A stretch of DNA of 59,519 nt, filler included, from Nemertoderma westbladi (Eukaryota; Animalia; Xenacoelomorpha): the NCBI GenBank assembly GCA_032718475.1. It is 3 parts of 3 records of this genome, joined end to end, with 100 filler letters (N's around TTAATTAATTAA, not from the genome) between each part and the next. Parts side by side here need not be neighbours in the genome. Positions count along the whole stretch, not along the records: positions 29,864 to 59,519 come from JAUCBJ010001726.1; 2 more parts are not named here. One strand, given 5' to 3'. This document shows positions 51,435 through 59,519 of this stretch, piece after piece; positions within the stretch are counted from its first letter, which is position 1, and the number at the start of each line of letters is the position of its first letter. Both the position numbers and the translations under genes were made by a program. Under the pieces are notes generated by a model. The model saw only the letters and a list, made by a program, of their open reading frames with translations, was not told the DNA's origin and searched no databases.

Positions 51435-54400
51435 TCGCTTTCCCAAATAAGTATTAGTCAATAACGCTAAATAAAACAACAAGGTAGCATTTTGCGACGG
51501 TTTGTATTTTAAACATATATATAAATTATAAATATATTGAAACACAAATGTAACATACATGTCAGCTACTCTTACAAGCCATATTATTTTCACGAAAAAT
51601 TTCACAAAAATAACATCCTGATAATTTTAAATCAACCCCATCTATTATAACGGTTATTAAGGTGTATGAATATTAAATTAAGTCTTGTTAATTTTCCAAT
51701 GTATTTCAATAGTAAAATAATTAAAATATTTAAATTTCAAAAACTATCAAAAAGATAACTTCCCCTTTATTTTAAAATATATTTGAAGTGGATTTATAAG
51801 TTTAATATATGGGAGAATCAAAGCTAAAAATTACTTATCAACCTACTTAACGATTAATATTATTAAATTTTGCATATGTAGATTCAAAATACAAAGGTAG
51901 CAGTACCGACAATATATAACAATTTCCCAGGTTGCGGATCAGGATGTGATTGTGAGTTGTCTGCTTAGGCGACTGTGTATTACATTAGACGGCAGTTTGT
52001 TTGGTTGATGTAAGTCATTATTGGTTTTTATCCTCCAATCCCATCTGTTTCGTGGAGTCTGTGTGATGCATGTTCGTTACGGCGGCGGCGACAGAATCCA
52101 TATGCTGAGAGGTCAGCCTCCGGGCCGATCAGTATACGTGCGTATACGTTTATTCCAAACACTCAATCGAAGAAATTATCTTTAGTTTAAAATTATTATT
52201 AAAAATATGAAGAAATTATCGGGAGGGAGTGGGCCACCACGCTGTTGAACTACAGAACTGTTCTGTAGTTCGCGAGAAATCGTAGATAAATTGTTACAAT
52301 TTATCTACGATTTCTCGCGAACTCTTCCAGTTTCTCGAACTCTTACAATTTGCTGTGCGCGATATAGCGCTCTCTAACAGCGGAGGAACTCAGTCAGTCA
52401 GTTGTTTACTTCAGTTGTTCTTCTCACCGGAGCTGATGTTTCCTTTACCAACTTCGATTCTAAGACGCCAAGACCACATTTTTTTTGATAGCGAAGTCTT
52501 ATTCAGGGAACGGCAGGTCGTAGAAGAATCGTAATCAGATGTCTCGAAACAGTTGAAAAGTTCAGCATTGGGTATGGGTATTCCGAGTGTGTTTCGCCAG
52601 AGCGAAAGGCAGATTGTAAGTGAATCTCACATTAAAGTAGCGCCAAAAGTGCCTTCAGTGATCGCCTGCGCTTCAACATCGACTATGTACTACAGTATGC
52701 CTACTACCAACAAACTGTAAATAAAAAAACTAATACCAACTCAAGCCCATCTGTTGATGTGTGGTAGTGGTAGTAGAGGAGAGGCTACTACTGCTGTACT
52801 GCATTTGGTAGGCCTAACAGGTTGTTTATTTATTCGAGTTTATTATGACTGTATGTGGTTGCTTGTCAACGAACAATTGGACAGAATGCACAATACAATG
52901 CATAACACATAAGGTGTACGTAGGCCCTACACCTTGATAACACAATACAATGAGTCAACCCACCTTTCCTTAAATGTCTTATACGCCAACCATTTAATAG
53001 ACGTCTGGTCTCGCCAAATCAGAGAACAGTAAATAAGCTGCATTTAATTAACCAAATGTTGTTATGTGGTGTGTAGTAAGAAAAATATTAGCTTGGGAAA
53101 GGAATTTATTAGCACGTAATGTAAATATTGTACTTAAATATTATTTGTAACAGCTTCATATTGGATTACTAATTATTTATTATTAATATTATTATTAAAA
53201 TATGTTTGCAATCAATTTGCACCATTAAATCAAACATATACATTGGCGCAAGTAGTCCTCATTTATATTTATATCTTGTTGCAATGTTAAATTATCTACT
53301 AGGGAAAAGAGCGGGTTGCAGTGATGCGTTATTCTAACCAATACAATAAACTAAAGTCATTAGTACAGGTGACAGATTTAATTTTGGGAGTAATCAGCGC
53401 CGATTTTCCACTAGGAGGAGGGATGATTTCTGTCGTCGCGTCGAAAGTCTGCCGTATCTGAATTATTATGAATTAATTATTTCGTTCTAGAGTAAGTTTA
53501 ATAATATATACAATGTACAATTAGCCATTGTCAGCTGCCAGCCAACCTTTATACAATCAAAATATAAACGTTTTAAAAGAAAATAAATAAAAGTTAAAAC
53601 AACTATTATTTAACCTGTTGGAAGTGGAATTATCAGCTTCAGAGAGGACCACGTCTGTAAAGAAAACCACGAAGTTTCTCCGCGGTTCGAGAGCTGATCT
53701 TCGAGAGCAATATCGCGCACAGTAAACTGTCACAGAAAATGAAAGAGTTCGCGAGAAATCGTAGAGAAATCGATCTGTAGTTCACACCAGTGCGGTCAAA
53801 TCAATCCCTTGCAATAGAATCCAAGTTTGGAATAAAATAATTGATCTTTGTTGCCAATTAATAATATAATAATTGACTTTATTGCTTGATATACAAAGAC
53901 GATATACAATTCGTAGTCATGTAAATTGTTTAATATTTTTGTTTGCAACTCATATTACAGTATACTGTATATTTCGCATACCCACCCATTAATTGTTTTA
54001 TTGAGAAGTTTTATTAAATATTAATTAATTTAATTAATTAAATTATGAATAAATCAATTATAAATTGTTAAATAGTGACGGTATTGCTACCTTTGTATTT
54101 TGAATCTACATATGGAAAATTTAATAATATTAAACGTTAAGTGGGTTGATAAGTAATTCTTTGCTTTGATTCTCCTATGCATTCAACTTATGAATCCACT
54201 TAAATTATCTTTTAAAATAAAGGGGAAGTTATGTTTTTGATAATTTTTGAAATTTTGATTTTTGAATAATTTTGCTACTGAAATACATTGAAAAGCTGCG
54301 GAACTTATATATTCATACACCTTAATAACCGTTATAATAGATGGGGTTGATTTAAAATTATCAGGATGTTATTTTTGTGAAATTTTTCGTGAAAATAATA

Positions 54401-54547
54401 TGGCTTGTAAGAGTAGCTGACATGTATGTTACATTTTGTGTTTCAATATATGTATAATTTATATATATGTTTAAAACACAAACCGTCGCAAAATGCTACT
54501 TTATTGTTTTATTTAGCGTTATTGACTAATACTTATTTGAGAAAGCG
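51435..54547. mobile_element. Long nested inverted-repeat structure, probably non-autonomous DNA transposon(s)
   Basis: ~470-bp arms 51435-51910 / 54078-54547; inner imperfect arms ~52150-52372 / ~53705-53836; no ORF. Confidence 0.7.
52267..52323. repeat. Perfect palindrome with 28-bp arms and a 1-nt centre
   Basis: AGTTCGCGAGAAATCGTAGATAAATTGT-T-ACAATTTATCTACGATTTCTCGCGAACT. Confidence 0.95.
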
Positions 54548-55197
54548 GTTTTGTTGATTCAGGTGAATCAAATACATGCCAGGCATCAGTATAATGTGCA
54601 ATGGTAAATTGTGCCAGACACAGAAGCATAAGGGGCGAGTCATGCGTTAGTGTAAGCCTTCAGGGTATGGCTATCAGTAAATTTAATTCACCTCGATGTA
54701 GCTCTTCTCTCTTTCAGTTTGTCTTACCTTTTTTTATTATGGGTAAACTGGATAGCTACTACTGGCGTTCCATACATTACGATTTCAAGGAAAAGCAATT
54801 ACCTTCTATGCACCATTGCCATATCCCCAGATTTTCATACTTCAATAATAAATTGGCTGTTTGAGTAAATAAATAATTTGAATATGACTTGAATAATTTA
54901 ATAGAAAGTAGCGTTGATTTTCTAATAGCAGTTAGAGATGTAAAACGTTTTATGCTTTAAATTAATAAACAACAATTTAGGAAATTATCATGAAACTGAA
55001 AGAAATACCTATTAAATACATAATCTGAAAATTTACTTCTGGAAAAATTATAAAATATTAATGTTTCAGAATAATAGCTTCTGTTACATTTTTATGGTTA
55101 ATATGTTTCCACGGGGATAAATAATACTATTTCTATAAAAAAGTTGTGATAATAAATTGTTAGATTTCGAATAAATCAATTAATATTTGTTAAATAA

Positions 55198-55642
55198 TGA
55201 CGGTACTGCTACCTTTGTATTTTGAATCTACATATGCAAAATTTAATAACAAGAACCGCTATCTGCATTGATAAATAATTTTTAGCATTGATTCTTCCAT
55301 ATATTAAACATATAAATCCACTTAAATTATCTTTTAAAATAAAAGTGTAAGTCATTTTTCGATAATTTTAGAAATTACATTTTTTTAATTATTTTACCAT
55401 TTAAATACATAGTAAATTAACAAAACTTAATATCCGTACAACTTAATATGTCTTCTAAGAGATGCGCTTGTTTTTAAATTTTCAGGATGCCCAATTTCTG
55501 TAAATTTTTGTCAGAATAGTACAGCTTGTATGAATAGCTGACCCCTATGTTACATTTTGTGTCTCACTATATGTATAATTTATATATATGTTTACAATAC
55601 AAACCGTCACAAAGTGCTACCTTATTTTCAAATTATATTTAG
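55198..55642. repeat. Third, more diverged copy of the 470-bp arm, in the same orientation as 54078-54547
   Basis: Begins GACGGTACTGCTACCTTTGTATTTTGAATCTACATATG like the 54078 copy and stays collinear. Confidence 0.8.
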
Positions 55643-57087
55643 CATATGGGACTATGATGTAAGTCACTCTTCTATAACGTTTAGTAAGCATAAAATCCTT
55701 GTGCGATGTCCGCCTATCTGTCTAATTCAATGTTTCAACATCAATATTACAGCAATTATTTCTTTTATCTGTGCTCATGGATGAGAAAGATGTTCGGTAG
55801 ATGACCCCCGCATCCGCAAAATGAAAGCATCCTTAAAGCTCTTTAAATTGCAGCTTTTCCGTGCAGCTGTGGAGGAAATTACAACTAGTAATTTTGCGGC
55901 TCTATGGCAATCCTTGCTGCGCTCTTGCAGATTTACAGATGATCCTCTTAGATAGTGTAGCTGAAAACAGAACCTTGAATTGGAAAAAAAAATGCAGTAC
56001 CAAACCAAATACTACATCATTTTGAATATGCCACGCAACCCGCAATAGTAAATACGGTCCATTTTCATGAGATTTCACTCTCTCTTTGGCACAAATTAAT
56101 CCTAAATTAATGTAATTATTAATTAATACATAGATATTTTTATGAGAACCGATATTAATTGACTGCTTTCATTATACCTGTATTATAAAGTAGCACTTTA
56201 CTTAGTCCTTTTCCAAGTGATCCAGAGATCGATAGTGGTAAAGTACAGTAGGCCTACATATAACAACTAGGTATAATTAGTCAGAAACTACATGAGTTAC
56301 TTAGCGAGGTAACCAAATGGTAAAGCCATGTAAAGAAGATTCAGGTTTAGGTTCAGTTTCATTGTAAAGCTCCCTAGCAATGTATCGTCTCTCTTGAATT
56401 TACAAATATATTATATTAGGCCAGTGCTACTCTTGTGCTACTGTACAAGTAGTGCTATATAACAACAACAATTCATTGTTAACACTAACGGCGCTAAGTA
56501 AAGTTAAAATTTTTATTACTTAAATGAAGTACATGTAAATTAATTTAAAAATTCGACAATGAAACTACAGACTGTGTAATCTACCTGTTTAGTGTTTATA
56601 TCGTCGGTGATATGGCGAACAGCCAAAGTGCTAAAATGAGCTGTTGGGTAAAATGAGGTTTTAACTGAAATTTGTACTAGAGTACCTTAGGGAGGTGTGA
56701 TATAAACGCCAAAGTGATACTCACATCCACTGCTTCAGAGTGTCTTAGCCAAAGTGAGAATTGCAAATTAAGAGTAGGAGTTGAGGTAAAAACGCCAATC
56801 GCTTCTGTCATGTTACTGTACAAGTGTATTTTTTGCTAAGAAAGCCCAAACTTGGTATGGCAAAAAAGCCAAAGCGATGACTTAACATAGTTTGCCAGTG
56901 TAGGCCTATATTCCGGCTGTAGTCCGGAGAATAAATGGTTGGCTAAACTTTCAGTTTGTATTGAAATTCATTATAAAACATCATACTGGCTGCTACAATT
57001 CCATTGTAGCATTTAGCTCGTGTTCCTGTAGCTATTATTAGTTTGTTTGTTGGTGGCTGAATGCCTGGGTTTGTGGCTAGTTTGTAA

Positions 57088-57830
57088 CATGGTGCGTAAC
57101 TAGAGAAACATGGTGTAACTAGAAAAACATGGTGTAACTAAAGAAACATGGTGTAACTAGAGAAACATGGTGTAACTAGAGAAACATGGTGTAACTAGAG
57201 AAACATGGTGTAACTAGAGAAACATGGTGTAACTAGAGAAACATGGTGTAACTAGAGAAACATGGTGTAACTAGAGAAACATTGTGTAACTAGAGAAACA
57301 TGGTGTAACTAGAGAAACATGGTGTAACTAGAGAAACATGGTGTAACTAGAGAAACATGGTGTAACTAGAGAAACATGGTGTAACTACAGAAACATGGTG
57401 TAACTAGAGAAACATTATGTAACTTGAGAAACATGGTGTAACTAGAGAAACATGGTGTAACTAGAGAAACATGGTGTAACTAAAGAAACATGGTGTAACT
57501 AGAGAAACATGGTGAAACTAGTGCAACATGGTGAAACTAGTGTAAAATTGTGTAACCAGTGTAAAATGGTGTAACTAGTGTAAAATGGTGTAACTAGTGT
57601 AACATGGTGTAACTAGTGTAACATGGTGTAACTAGTGTAAAATGGTGTAACTAGAGAAACATGGTGAAACTAGTGCAACATGGTGTAACTAGTGTAAAAT
57701 GGTGTAACCAGTGTAAAATGGTGTAACTAGTGTAAAATGGTGTAACTAGTGTAAAATGGTGTATCTAGTGTAACATGGTGTAACTAGTGTAACATGGTGT
57801 AACTAGTGTAAAATGGTGTAACTAGTGCAA
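57088..57830. repeat. 19-bp satellite (GTAACTAGAGAAACATGGT grading into GTAACTAGTGTAAAATGGT)
   Basis: About 39 units in two variant blocks. Confidence 0.95.
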
Positions 57831-58642
57831 TGAAAAAATAATTAGTGTATGAAAAAAGAATTATTTTCTGAAATATCATCTTCATGCTGCCATTTTTGCA
57901 AAAATTAAACACAAAAATGTGATTATCTCGAAATTATATTTTTGCACCTTAGTTGATTTTCCATATCACAGCACCGACGATATTGTTGCGCTCTTCACTA
58001 TGAAATCCTCGTTTCACTTGGATTTTAAAACAACTTCCACTTGAATTTATTTCTAGATTACTCTACATGAAATAAAAATGTTAATTAAAAGGTCAGTTTC
58101 TTCAAGCACTACTTCTTACAATACAGCTCATATATTCGGAATAAATACTTTGCAGCTATTTGTAATATTCCTAGTAATTTAAGGGACAAGCTTGTTTTAA
58201 ATTAATCAGAAACAATATTTTTGGAAAATTTTGCACAAAATTCCGTACGCAAGTAGCTTGTTTTAGTTGTTTTCATGTAATAATTCAAATTGCCAGAATA
58301 CAAACCGTCAAAAAAAGCTACGCAACATTTGGGCTTGTATACCTGTTAGTTAGTTACTTAATTACTCGATTATATGATTACTAATTAGCTTTATTATCCA
58401 GCTTGTATAACCATATCGAAATTTAATTGTTTTGCGTTATTGTATCACGCTTAATGGGCTTATCAACTAGCTTGTCAGATTATGGTAGCATTGTAGCCAC
58501 TTTGTCACCATTGCTACCTAAGTAGCAAGGGTGCCACTCATGGTAGCTGAACCGACAGTTTCATATTCTGCATAGGTAGCAAGGACGCCAGTCCCTTTTT
58601 AGTGAGAATGGCGTCCTTGCTACGTTTTGTGTCCATACATAT

Positions 58643-58676
<34 letters not shown>

Positions 58677-58689
58677 AGGCATATATAGA

Positions 58690-59519
58690 GCTACCCAAGC
58701 CTTTGCTTTCCTAACTTATATGTCCTTTTTGCTACTCTCTATCCATGATCCAAGGTACTGGAAGTCATCGACCTTCCTTAGTTGATTATTATCAATGGTT
58801 GTCAAGTTTCCATCAACATTAAAGGTCATTAATTCAGTCTTGGTAGCATTTATATGCAATCCAACCTCCTTAGCAGCCCTCTCCACATTATTTAGTAGAC
58901 GCTGTGCATCTGCTAGCGTATTAGAGAGCAGGGCGATGTCATCCGCAAAGTCGGTGTCTGTGACTGTAGTTGCCGGATATCTACTACTTCTGCGTTTTTG
59001 AAGTGTGAATCCCAGATCTTCACCCTTTGTGGCCGTCCGCATTGCGTAATCCATCACAATTACAAATAGTAATGGTGCTAATGTGTCACCTTGCAGTACG
59101 CCAGCCAGGATTGAGAAAAACTCAGTTTCACCATCTGGTGAGAGTACCTGCGCTTCGGTGTCACAATATAACAATCCAATGCCAGCAACAATTACTTCTG
59201 GTATTCCATAAGCTCTTAGGATTTCAAGCATTTTACCTCAATGGATGGAGTCGAATGCCTTCTTTAAGTCCACAAAAGTCATGACTGTGGGGAGATTCTT
59301 TGACTTAATTCCTTCAATCAGTCTCCGTAGTGCAAGTTTCTGAACTATTGTTGATCTACTTGGTCGAAATCCGTTTTGGCCCTTACACAGTAGTTTCTCT
59401 ATGTGAGGCCTAATCCTATATAGAATAATTTTATTGTATATTTTGGCAGCTACCACAAGCAGACAGATCCCACGATAGTTTGTTGGTATGCCGAGGTCTC
59501 CTTTCTTGGGGAGAAGCTT
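58690..59519 (-). pseudogene. LINE (RTE-like) reverse transcriptase fragment
   Basis: QNGFRPSRST, FVDLKKAFDSIH, GVLQGDTLAP, DFADDIALL, FQYLGS. One frameshift near 59235, a premature stop at 58716, truncated at a (TA)n tract. Confidence 0.92.

Overview
AT-rich, repeat-rich eukaryotic DNA, most likely from an invertebrate animal. Three contigs are joined by artificial N44-TTAATTAATTAA-N44 spacers (18555-18654, 29764-29863), so adjacency across them is unproven. Contig 1 holds a PLEKHG5-like RhoGEF gene (RBD-like exon plus DH-PH exon), a duplicate of its first exon with two LTR insertions, decayed Gypsy and CRE-like retroelements, minisatellites and an 864-aa repeat protein. Contig 2 holds intronless ABCD4-like and DDX43-like genes. 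Contig 3 begins with the right ~10.4 kb of a Polinton/Maverick-like element, the most interesting part. It contains a protein-primed PolB followed directly by a divergent TATA-binding-protein-like ORF, an array of seven tRNA T-arm/B-box-like motifs, two orphan ORFs with matching TATA-Inr promoters, and a hairpin-rich end finishing in CTACTACT. After it come a BEL/Pao element whose long open ORF lacks RT/RNase H, satellites, a 3.1-kb nested inverted-repeat structure and a LINE RT fragment. All family assignments come from motif recognition by eye; no database search was run.
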